Made by a program: the position numbers and the translations under genes
Source: a virus
Lineage: Duplodnaviria > Caudoviricetes
DNA: 64,000 nt
Virus record (IMG/VR): IMGVR_UViG_3300015360_000043
Span: 774-64,773 of that record
Direction: 5' to 3' (one strand)
Part shown: in pieces, positions 18,854 through 27,620 of the stretch
Layout: each line of letters opens with the position of its first letter
Position numbering within the stretch: the first letter of the stretch is position 1
Notes under the pieces: generated by a model
Told to the model about the DNA's origin: nothing
The model's database searches: none
What the model saw: the letters and a program-made list of their open reading frames with translations, nothing else

Positions 18854-19582
18854 ATGGCTCTATCCCCCGCCACGCTTACTTACGCCGACGTCTTAAACGT
18901 CGCCCGGTCAACCATCCCGGCACTCAAAGAGGATGATTTCGCGGCGACCATTTGTAACATGGCGGTCAACCTTATTTGGTCCGATTTTGACTGGCGCGAG
19001 TCTATCGTACCTCTGCCTCCCTTCTACCTGACCGCCCTACAGCAGGACTACGGCTCCCCCGCAGTAGTCATCCCGGCAGATTTTGGCGGCCTTCGGAAGG
19101 TCCACCTTACCGACTTACAGAGCAACCCTACCACGCAAACCGAACTACGGCCCTTGCGGTTTCTCGACCGGACAAGTCGAATCGGAATGCCAGAGGCCGT
19201 AGGGTATGTGCCCGAGCTGGCCGTTTTGCGAGTATTCCCTTTGGTCCCTGGCGGCATTCAGCCTCCCCGGTGGACTATCTCAGGCACTTACAAGAAAAAC
19301 CCGCCGGTCATCAGCGCGGCAATTCTCAACTCTCCCATCCCGTTTCAGGATAAGTATTTTTTAACCATGCTCGATGCAGTGCGCTGGGCAGCCGCAGCCG
19401 TAGGTGGCAGCGGGGAGCTGGCGAATAGCCGTCGGGGTATTGTAGCTCAGTCAATAATGGCCCAGGCGGCGCAGGAAGGTGTGGATATGGGGGATACGAC
19501 TATTCACCCATCAGCCCCCCTGGGTTTCACAGGCCGGGGTATGATGTGGTCCGCGAGGTACCCAGGTGGAGCCTCTTTCTAA
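18854..19582 (+). CDS. head-tail adaptor / ring protein 2
   Basis: FDWRES...QDY...IPADF...LRVFPLVP...TYKK; paralogous to ring protein 1. Confidence 0.7.
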   Translation: MALSPATLTYADVLNVARSTIPALKEDDFAATICNMAVNLIWSDFDWRESIVPLPPFYLTALQQDYGSPAVVIPADFGGLRKVHLTDLQSNPTTQTELRPLRFLDRTSRIGMPEAVGYVPELAVLRVFPLVPGGIQPPRWTISGTYKKNPPVISAAILNSPIPFQDKYFLTMLDAVRWAAAAVGGSGELANSRRGIVAQSIMAQAAQEGVDMGDTTIHPSAPLGFTGRGMMWSARYPGGASF

Positions 19583-19694
19583 CAAGCTCATCCTCAAACT
19601 GCCCAAACTTCCGCCTCGTCCCTTACCGGACCCGGCATCCACAATACCGCCGGTTTATCACCCGGCCCCTTTTAAAGGTTTAGAATAGGAACAT

Positions 19695-20192
19695 ATGAGT
19701 ACCAAAGCAATTCAACACGAAGACGAGAATGACAAGATCGAGGCCAAGCTGTCCGCTGACGCCGTGAAGGCCAAACTTCCTGACGGCAAATACGATATTT
19801 TTGGCTTGGTGTTTGACGTCAAAAGTGGTAAGTTCGAAGATCGAGTGTCCGGTAAGCCCGTCAGCGATTTCACTTTCGAAAGCGGCGAGACGACGCTGGG
19901 CGAGGCCATTTTTCCCGTTAATCCGACCCAGTTTGCCACGGAAGAGACCCGCGACGCCGTGCTGGCAATCGTGCTCCCAGAGCTGCTGAAGTCCGGTTCC
20001 GTGACCGATTACTCCAAGCATGACACCAAGCTGCACCAGCCGGCCTATCGGCCCATCGTCGAGCGCGGGATCGAGTTTTTCAAAGGCGAGAAAGCCGTAC
20101 TCGTCAACGCTGGTTTGCTGGCGAACAGCATCATCCGCAGTGGGGAAGCGGTGACCATCGCCGGCCTGAAAGACACCCTCAACTTGGACTAA
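19695..20192 (+). CDS. hypothetical protein with an NPxQFAT...NAGL domain
   Basis: 165 aa; AGGA RBS; strong codon bias. Confidence 0.75.
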   Translation: MSTKAIQHEDENDKIEAKLSADAVKAKLPDGKYDIFGLVFDVKSGKFEDRVSGKPVSDFTFESGETTLGEAIFPVNPTQFATEETRDAVLAIVLPELLKSGSVTDYSKHDTKLHQPAYRPIVERGIEFFKGEKAVLVNAGLLANSIIRSGEAVTIAGLKDTLNLD

Positions 20193-20219
20193 TCCGCAAA
20201 GCAAAATAGGAGCCCTTCT

Positions 20220-21503
20220 ATGGCAGACATCTCATTCAATCCCGACAACGACAATTTCGATTACAATCCTCCTGCTCCTGAAGGGGCTCCTACTGGCGGC
20301 GGCCCCCTGCCGCCCAGTCCATCCGGCGGCATTGGAGATTTCAGCAACTGGACCCCGGGGGGCTCCAACAAGCCTGATTCTGCTTATTACGACTTGTTCT
20401 CGGGCCCTTCGGGCTTTGCGCCCTTTGGCGCGGGCGCTCCGACAGCCCCCCGGACGAGAGATAACCCGAACAGCGGAGGCGGCGGTGGAACCGATCGAGC
20501 GCCAACGCCACCACGAGCGCCGGGCGCTGCACCTCCCCCTGCTGCCCCTCCGCTTGCCCCTGGTGGTGCCCCGCCTACTGGCAGAGGCGGTGTCCCCCCG
20601 CCCGTAGCCCCTCCGGCACCGCCGGCCCCTCCCGCTGGCCCCTACCAGCCTGGGTACGAGTCCAATGGCTACAATCCTCTCCAGTACGCTAACCTGAAGA
20701 CGGCCAACGACATGGCAACGTCCTTCGGGGGCAACGCCGTGCAGACCAGGGGCGTCGGCGCGGGAGCGGCTCCTGACCAAAACATGATCAACATGGGCGG
20801 CGGAAACTTGTTCAACGCCGGTCTCGTGGCCCAAAATGTCCAGCGGTATGGCCTAGAAGCTGCCAAAAAGATGATGCAGGCAGAGATGAATATGCCGGGG
20901 GCCTATAACCCGAATTGGCAAAATGAGGACTCTGTGTTCAGACTGGGGGGCGACAACGCGCAAATTCGGTCTCTGCCCGGCGGCGTCCAGGCGGGAGCCA
21001 ACAATCCGGCATGGGGCATGCAGGCCCAAAATGCTGGAGGTCCCGGCGGAGGTCCCGGCGGCGGAACTGGCCGAGGCCCCGGCGGCGGAGGTGGCGGAGG
21101 TGGCGGCGTAGCACCCCCCGCAGGTCCCACGGCACCCCCCGTACACCCCGGCGGCGGAGCTCCAACGGCTTCCGGCGCTGGTCAAGACCCTCGCTTTGTC
21201 GGTGGCGGAATAGGCAACTTCGACCTGTTCTCCGCAATCAATAACTTCATGCCGGGCGGGAACCGCGGGAAACAGGGCGGGCAGCTTAACGCCCAATCCC
21301 TGCTCGCAATGCTGCTGGGCGGTAACCTCGGAGGGAACCAGTCCCTCGCGCCCGGACAGCGAAGCCCCGGCAGCAACGGCGCATTTAACCCGAATCTCAT
21401 GGGACCTGGAGGGACACGACAAAATACCCCACCCTCGGGCCCGCGGGGCCCTATGTCAAAACAGGACATGGAGTCTCTACTCCAAATGATCTTCGGCGGC
21501 TAA
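20220..21503 (+). CDS. Pro/Gly-rich low-complexity protein, possibly virion-internal
   Basis: 427 aa with PAAPP and GGGG tracts around a central NPLQYAN...FNAGLV domain. Confidence 0.75.
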   Translation: MADISFNPDNDNFDYNPPAPEGAPTGGGPLPPSPSGGIGDFSNWTPGGSNKPDSAYYDLFSGPSGFAPFGAGAPTAPRTRDNPNSGGGGGTDRAPTPPRAPGAAPPPAAPPLAPGGAPPTGRGGVPPPVAPPAPPAPPAGPYQPGYESNGYNPLQYANLKTANDMATSFGGNAVQTRGVGAGAAPDQNMINMGGGNLFNAGLVAQNVQRYGLEAAKKMMQAEMNMPGAYNPNWQNEDSVFRLGGDNAQIRSLPGGVQAGANNPAWGMQAQNAGGPGGGPGGGTGRGPGGGGGGGGGVAPPAGPTAPPVHPGGGAPTASGAGQDPRFVGGGIGNFDLFSAINNFMPGGNRGKQGGQLNAQSLLAMLLGGNLGGNQSLAPGQRSPGSNGAFNPNLMGPGGTRQNTPPSGPRGPMSKQDMESLLQMIFGG

Positions 21504-21521
21504 GGGACTTTCTAACTAATC

Positions 21522-23834
21522 ATGAGCCAAAATACACAGTGGGACTCCCTTGACTGGGACGTCGTAAACTTCCCCTATGACCGCATCGAACCGGAGCTTT
21601 CCACGAGGCCCCGGTTCTTCCGCGGGGAAAACATGGCTGTTACCCTGGGGGGCAAGCTAATCAAGCGCCCCGGGACCCTGCAAGTCGATGTCTCCAGCAA
21701 AATCACCAACAGCTACGCCCAACGGCTCGTCGTGTTGGAGACCCTGGATACCCCGCCTTTGCTCTACTGGCTCACCAGCGTATTTTCAACCACAACCGGC
21801 CTGTACCAGATCTACTACAAACGTATGTCGTCTCCGGCCCCCGGGCCTTGGATCCTGGTGCCCAGCTACCGGGACAACCAAGCCTCCACCCGGCCTCACG
21901 AGATAGTGATCTCCCGGGGCGTCGCCTACATCAAAGGCTACCCGGCGGCGGCGAGCGCCGAGAAGCTCGGCACGTTTATCTTTGACGGCACCGCCAGCGT
22001 CGTCAGCGTGCGTCCGTGGGGGTTAAACGGCCCTACGGAGCCTTCTAGGCTCAGCGGGGCCACCACGAGGCTCTCCGCGAGCGTAACGAGCACTGCTACG
22101 ACCCTGAACGTAGTCGCCAGCGCCGGCTTTCCGATCAGCTTCCCCTTCGTAGCCCAGATTGGGTACGAACAGGTCGAGGTGTCCGCGGGCCCGCCCGGGC
22201 TAGCCTGGACAGTTGTCCGGGGCGCTAACGGGACCCTGCCTACCGCACATGACCTAGGTACGCCGATAATCTACGTCAACTGGGCGAATTCTCTGCATCA
22301 GGTGAACGTCAATTACGGCTGGCGGTACGCCTACGCCTACAAGACGATCACAGGGCAGATAAGCAACCGGTCGCAATTGGCGACCAACCCGGATAAAATG
22401 GGGGACAACACCGGGCCGTTTTTTGACCTCATACCGAAGATCAAAATCCTAGGCCATGTGGACACCACGAATATCCCGAAGATTAACGTCTACCGGACCA
22501 CCGACGGCGGGGGTACTTTTTACTTCCTGAAAGAAGTGGCTAACCCGGGGGCGAGCTTATTCGACTTCGAGGACAAATTTTTGGAGAGCGGGGTAAGCGG
22601 GGGCACTTTCAGCGACCCGACGCCAGACGCCGATCTCAACATCGCTAACGTAGCGCCCGGGCTCGACAGCAACTCGCCGCCGCCGACGACCCTAGCTCCG
22701 AAGATTACCGGCGTAGATCCAGTGCAAGCCTCGACTCCGGTAGTGAGTTACTCGGGGCGCTTGTGGTACGCCATCGGGAATGTGCTGTTTTACAGCGCGG
22801 ACGAAGAGATCAACGCCGGCATACCGGAGGAATCCTGGCCCAGCGGTCTCAAAGGGGCAAACTTTTTCCGGTACCCCCTGCCGGTCACGAACCTCGTGGC
22901 GACTAACAACGCACTGCTGGTGTTCACGCTCAAAAACACCCACCGGGTGATCGGAAGCAACAGGGAAACCTTTGCCTCGGAGCCCTTCTTCGAAAATGTC
23001 GGGGCACCATATGGGCATCCCCGGGCAGTGACCCGCTACGGTAACTCAGTTGTGTTTGTAACCAACGACTACCGGGTAGCCCGGGCTACTGATAATGGCC
23101 TGGAAATCCTCAGTGACCCGCTGTTTACGGACATCGTAGATGCCGTGAATGCCGGCGGCGAGCTGGATATCAAATACTTTGGAGACTTAGAAAAAGAATG
23201 GCTTGTCCTTGCAGCTCACCGACCGCTAAACACCCTCCAAAGCAAACAATGGATCCTAGACATCAAAAAGACCAGCATGGTGAGCAAGCCATTTTGGTTC
23301 GTCCCCTGGCAAGTACGGACGACCTGCCTGCTCAGCGACCGGGAGAGTGAAGGTTCCAGCCAGCGCCGGCTGATCTTCGCAGTCTTTGACCCCGAGACCC
23401 CCGTCATGAACCTAACAAAGATGGACCCGACGGCGAGAACGCCTACAGATTGGTTTATCACCGCGGCGGTAGGTATCTCGTACTACTGTGATTTCCACCA
23501 GATGCTCGTCCCGGCGGGAAATCACGTCAACGAGCGGAGAGTGGGCGGCATCACCCCGACGGTGTATGGACTCGCTATCGACCGGCTAACCTTCCCGCTC
23601 GACGAAGACCCCCAGGTCTACTACTACCTGGACGATCTCTGGACGGATCCAATCTCGCCTACCACCGTGGAGCCCCCGGCCCGGCGCAGGCTCTCAAAAG
23701 CCTACAAAAGTATGAATTTTGGAATCCATCAAGCATGCCAGCACTTCTCCCTACGCCTCCAGAGCATCAAAAGCACGGATTTGTTCGAAATGTCGCGCTT
23801 GACTGTAATCTGGAACCCGGATGCGGGGGCCTAA
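21522..23834 (+). CDS. tail nozzle / DNA stabilisation protein (P22 gp10 / T7 gp12-like)
   Basis: 770 aa; ENM...GKLIKRPG start, YAYAY, KINVYRTTDGG, YSGRLWYA; located after the adaptors. Confidence 0.8.
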   Translation: MSQNTQWDSLDWDVVNFPYDRIEPELSTRPRFFRGENMAVTLGGKLIKRPGTLQVDVSSKITNSYAQRLVVLETLDTPPLLYWLTSVFSTTTGLYQIYYKRMSSPAPGPWILVPSYRDNQASTRPHEIVISRGVAYIKGYPAAASAEKLGTFIFDGTASVVSVRPWGLNGPTEPSRLSGATTRLSASVTSTATTLNVVASAGFPISFPFVAQIGYEQVEVSAGPPGLAWTVVRGANGTLPTAHDLGTPIIYVNWANSLHQVNVNYGWRYAYAYKTITGQISNRSQLATNPDKMGDNTGPFFDLIPKIKILGHVDTTNIPKINVYRTTDGGGTFYFLKEVANPGASLFDFEDKFLESGVSGGTFSDPTPDADLNIANVAPGLDSNSPPPTTLAPKITGVDPVQASTPVVSYSGRLWYAIGNVLFYSADEEINAGIPEESWPSGLKGANFFRYPLPVTNLVATNNALLVFTLKNTHRVIGSNRETFASEPFFENVGAPYGHPRAVTRYGNSVVFVTNDYRVARATDNGLEILSDPLFTDIVDAVNAGGELDIKYFGDLEKEWLVLAAHRPLNTLQSKQWILDIKKTSMVSKPFWFVPWQVRTTCLLSDRESEGSSQRRLIFAVFDPETPVMNLTKMDPTARTPTDWFITAAVGISYYCDFHQMLVPAGNHVNERRVGGITPTVYGLAIDRLTFPLDEDPQVYYYLDDLWTDPISPTTVEPPARRRLSKAYKSMNFGIHQACQHFSLRLQSIKSTDLFEMSRLTVIWNPDAGA

Positions 23835-23835
23835 G

Positions 23836-24069
23836 GTGAAATCACTACTTTTCGCCTGCATTTTGGCTTTCGCGACCCCCTCCCGAGGGGGCGACGCCAT
23901 AAACTACGACAGGATCATCGAATTCGACACCCACTGGGTGAAATTCATCAATGATTTAGCCGGCTGCCCCTCCCCGGGCGCTCCCTGTACCCCCGCCCAA
24001 GGCCGTGTCAATTATGCAGAATTCCTCAAATCCCGCAACGCAGCAAGGCAACTTTTCTCCGATAGATAG
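23836..24069 (+). CDS. small secreted or periplasmic protein with two Cys
   Basis: GTG start; MKSLLFACILAFATP signal-like N-terminus; GCP...C. Confidence 0.5.
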   Translation: MKSLLFACILAFATPSRGGDAINYDRIIEFDTHWVKFINDLAGCPSPGAPCTPAQGRVNYAEFLKSRNAARQLFSDR

Positions 24070-25147
24070 CACGGTCTTCCAGGACAAAGTACTTGCACAC
24101 GCGATAGGCCGGCTGCTGAACTACACCGGCTCCGCGGAGGGCACCAATATGCCCCCTCCCCAGGTGGGAGAATTCCGGGTACCTTTCGTCAGCAAACTGG
24201 AGATCATCAAGCGCGATACCTTCCTTGGCGGAACCGCCTTCACGCTCCGCTGGCTGGAGCCTGACGGGACTGATACCAAATTCATCAGCCATTACAATAT
24301 CTACGTCAAAGGTATTGACGGGAATACCCGGCCTAACGGTCCATACGCGGCAACTAAATCTCCAGCCGTGGTGCGAGTGACAACCAATAACGCTGACGCT
24401 GTTACACTAGTAGTCCAAACAGTACTCAACAACGGGCTTGTCAGCGACCCCGAGCGGTCCCCGTCGGTCAGCAACTTCACAATCAAGCCAGAGATCCCGG
24501 CCAACGCCATCACCGGCCCTGTCAGCGGGGCCCTGGCGGGCTCTCTTCCCTCGCCGACCCTGGTAGGCGTTTCCCCGACCTTTGTCACCTACGGCAGCGG
24601 CACCACGGGCATCCTAGCCTCCAGTTCAGCCTTCACATACGTCTCCGGGCTACTCACCACCCCCCGAGCCAACACCCTCGCCGGCGGCCTCCCTGTCAAC
24701 ACCGGCGGCGTGCTCCACGTCAACACCACCACAACGGGCAACTCCGGGGCCGCCGAGACGACCCTCTTTGCCTTTAGCCTGCCGGCCAACACGCTCAACA
24801 CCCACAAGTCAAGCCTGGATATCCTAGGCTCGGGCCGCTTCGCGGCTACCGCGGCAAACAAGCGGCTGCGGCTCTACTTAGGGGCCACGCTGGTATTCGA
24901 CTCGGGGGCACTCGCAGTAACCGCCGCGTCCGCGTGGAAGCTATCCGCAACGCTCGTTAGCACCGGTGCGGCCACTGGTAAGCTAGTAACAGAGCTATCC
25001 TTTGTCTCTGCCGCAGTAGCAAATCTGGTCGCGTACACGACCACGGTAGAGAATTTCACGGGCGCGTTGGCGCTCGACCTGACCGCGCAAGCGACCGCGA
25101 ATGACGATATTTTTGGGGATTTCTACCGCATCAACTACTTACCATGA
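24014..25147 (+). CDS. tail fibre / spike protein
   Basis: FN3-like N-terminal part (LRWLEP...HYNIY), G.LAGSLPSPT motif, beta-rich C-terminus. Confidence 0.7.
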   Translation: MQNSSNPATQQGNFSPIDSTVFQDKVLAHAIGRLLNYTGSAEGTNMPPPQVGEFRVPFVSKLEIIKRDTFLGGTAFTLRWLEPDGTDTKFISHYNIYVKGIDGNTRPNGPYAATKSPAVVRVTTNNADAVTLVVQTVLNNGLVSDPERSPSVSNFTIKPEIPANAITGPVSGALAGSLPSPTLVGVSPTFVTYGSGTTGILASSSAFTYVSGLLTTPRANTLAGGLPVNTGGVLHVNTTTTGNSGAAETTLFAFSLPANTLNTHKSSLDILGSGRFAATAANKRLRLYLGATLVFDSGALAVTAASAWKLSATLVSTGAATGKLVTELSFVSAAVANLVAYTTTVENFTGALALDLTAQATANDDIFGDFYRINYLP

Positions 25148-25533
25148 CACATATTGAAGTTTTAGACAAATCAAGCGAGCTGGCTAAACTGGCTTTTGAC
25201 GAGGGAGACGACGAGAAGTCACCACGTAGCCGGGCGGCAGAGCTCTTGGATTACCTAGAAAACAATGACTTTACTCCCGATTCCGTCCAAGTAGCGGAGG
25301 GAAAGGTCATCATCATGTGGGCTATCGAGCTGCCGACGCTGAAGCTCACGGCGGATATCGAATTCGAAGGTGAGGAAATCTCGGCCTCCTTTATCCCCTA
25401 CTGGCCCGAGGCCGACGACAAATGGTATCCCGACGGCACCAAAGAGATCCCGTTGGAAATATGGGAAGTCGAAGAGGCTTTTCCTTACCTAAACACGCTT
25501 GCTACCCTGAAAAAGCTGCTGCTGCTAGAATAG
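25144..25533 (+). CDS. acidic hypothetical protein
   Basis: 129-aa ORF with ATGA overlap. Confidence 0.7.
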   Translation: MTHIEVLDKSSELAKLAFDEGDDEKSPRSRAAELLDYLENNDFTPDSVQVAEGKVIIMWAIELPTLKLTADIEFEGEEISASFIPYWPEADDKWYPDGTKEIPLEIWEVEEAFPYLNTLATLKKLLLLE

Positions 25534-25548
25534 AAAAGAGAAGGTGCT

Positions 25549-27618
25549 ATGCCAGTTGATCCCGTTAGTTTAGCAGTTGGTTCCGCCGGAGGTATCCTCG
25601 ACGGTATCGGGTCTATCATATCGGCCAGAGCCCAGTCAAAAGCCGCCGAAAGGGCCGCCGAAAGGGCCCAGCAAATGGCTGCTCAGGGCCAGGGGATCTA
25701 CGGCGAGTTTCGCCAATATGGGCTTAATAACCTCGGCGACGTCAACGACACCTCCAATAAGATGCGTAACAACGCCAGCGCCCTGCTGTACGGCTCTGAC
25801 GGCAACTATGAAGGCAGCCAGCTCTCAAATTACCAAAAGTTAATCGACACGATGGGCCCCGAGGCCCTGATGGCGATGCTCAACGACCCCTATGGGGCGG
25901 GCATGAACCCCGAAATGCTGCAAATGATTCAGCAGATGGGGGGCAGTGAAGCCTTTTCGTCCTTAATGAATGGCGTCAAAGGCAACGGCGGCAACGCCCG
26001 AGGCAACCGGCAGACCTTATTCGATCGCGCCAACGAGCTCGCGAACGGCGCGGGGGGCAGCTTTGCCCAACAGGACGCAGGATCCGAACAGGTAAGCAAC
26101 CGGGGCGTAAACCCATTCAACCAGACCATGATGGACCGCGGGTCTGAAATGGTCAATCGCAGCGGCGTGACCGAGAATTTGAATTTTGGCCGCGGGGCCG
26201 CCCTCGACATCCTGGGTGCTCAAGGCAAAAATGCCGACTCGCGGGCGTTGGTCGGCGCAGGCCGGGATATTGTAGCCAACGGCGGTCGGACTGCCGATCA
26301 GCAAAATGTGTTTAAACAGTCCATGCAGGACTTCGCCGGCGGAGGCCATACTGACGGCACCCGGGGGATGACCGCGGCGGGCATGGGGATGGTCAACTCG
26401 GGCGGGCGTACTGACGCCAGCCGGTACCTTGTAAACCGGGGCCAAGAACTCAGCTCTGAAAATCCGCTGCTCAGCATGGAAGACACCATGTCGTTTGCCC
26501 GCGACACCGCCGGGCGGGGTATCCGGGACCGGTCTCAGCAAGCTCGCGCTCAAGCGTTGGCTCGCGGCGGCGGGGCGGGGTCCACCGTATTCAACGGGCA
26601 ACAGGCCGACGGGCTATACGAGTTCGCCGATCAGGCGGCGGAAGCCGAAAGCGCGGCCATGCAGAAGGCGTTGGTGGACCGTCAGTCGTTGGGCCTCAAC
26701 CAGCTCAACCAGGGCCTCAACTCCGTCGGAGCCGGCGGCGGTATGGAAAACACCCGTGTAGGACTCGGAAGCGGTCTCGCCCAGGCGGGCGAAGGCGTGG
26801 CGGCCAACCGGTATAGCACCGCGGGGGGCATCGCCAACAGCAGCGAGCAATCCACCACGAATCGACTGAACGCGGGGGGCAACATTGCCCTTTCGGGTCT
26901 CTCCCAAGAACAACAGGCGTACCTTGAGAGCATCAATATGATGCCGAAGTTAGATGCCGCCGCGGCCAATAACGCTAATGTTTTTGGCGGTTTGGGTATT
27001 GCTGGTAGCGGAGATCAGGTGAACCGGATGAACGCCGGGAGCTCGATGATTAGCAACGGGATAAACAACCGGAATAACAGTATCAGCACTGCTAATAATG
27101 TAGAAAACTCCACGGACAACACCGAGATCCAAAACAACCAGCTTCTGCGGGCGTTGTTTGGCGACGAGCGGTCAGCCGCGGCAACCCAGTTCGGCAGCAT
27201 GCTGAACGGCGGGCAGTTCGGGCAAAGCCTAAACCAGAATCGTGTCCAGGCGGGCCAAACCGGCCTCGGGAACACGCAGTCCATGATTAACTTCCTGAAC
27301 GGGCAGTTGGGCACCAGCTTGTCCACCTTGTTGGCCAGCGGCGGGCAGAATTTTGACATGGCCAAGTCCGGGCTGAATCTGCAAGCCGGCGGCACCTCGG
27401 GGGCTAATGGCATCCCGGGCATGTCCGCTACTGGCGGGCTATTTTCGGGCCTGGGGCAGATGACCTCGCAAATCCCCAGTTTTAACCGAGCTCCTAGGCA
27501 AAACCCCGCTATATCAATGCGAAACACCATAGGTAGTGGGAGGTCCCAGAATCCGATGACCTTTATGCCGGGAGGCCCAATCAGCCCGTACTTTAACCCC
27601 TACTCCTACGACGACTAA
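25549..27618 (+). CDS. DNA ejection / pilot protein
   Basis: DPVSLAVGSAGG..GSIISARAQSKAA N-terminus typical of pilot proteins; G/N/Q/A-rich periodic repeats. Confidence 0.75.
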   Translation: MPVDPVSLAVGSAGGILDGIGSIISARAQSKAAERAAERAQQMAAQGQGIYGEFRQYGLNNLGDVNDTSNKMRNNASALLYGSDGNYEGSQLSNYQKLIDTMGPEALMAMLNDPYGAGMNPEMLQMIQQMGGSEAFSSLMNGVKGNGGNARGNRQTLFDRANELANGAGGSFAQQDAGSEQVSNRGVNPFNQTMMDRGSEMVNRSGVTENLNFGRGAALDILGAQGKNADSRALVGAGRDIVANGGRTADQQNVFKQSMQDFAGGGHTDGTRGMTAAGMGMVNSGGRTDASRYLVNRGQELSSENPLLSMEDTMSFARDTAGRGIRDRSQQARAQALARGGGAGSTVFNGQQADGLYEFADQAAEAESAAMQKALVDRQSLGLNQLNQGLNSVGAGGGMENTRVGLGSGLAQAGEGVAANRYSTAGGIANSSEQSTTNRLNAGGNIALSGLSQEQQAYLESINMMPKLDAAAANNANVFGGLGIAGSGDQVNRMNAGSSMISNGINNRNNSISTANNVENSTDNTEIQNNQLLRALFGDERSAAATQFGSMLNGGQFGQSLNQNRVQAGQTGLGNTQSMINFLNGQLGTSLSTLLASGGQNFDMAKSGLNLQAGGTSGANGIPGMSATGGLFSGLGQMTSQIPSFNRAPRQNPAISMRNTIGSGRSQNPMTFMPGGPISPYFNPYSYDD

Positions 27619-27620
27619 CC

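Noticed and set aside
20220-21503. Collagen-like fibre
   Set aside because: Gly/Pro-rich but lacks a sustained Gly-X-Y register
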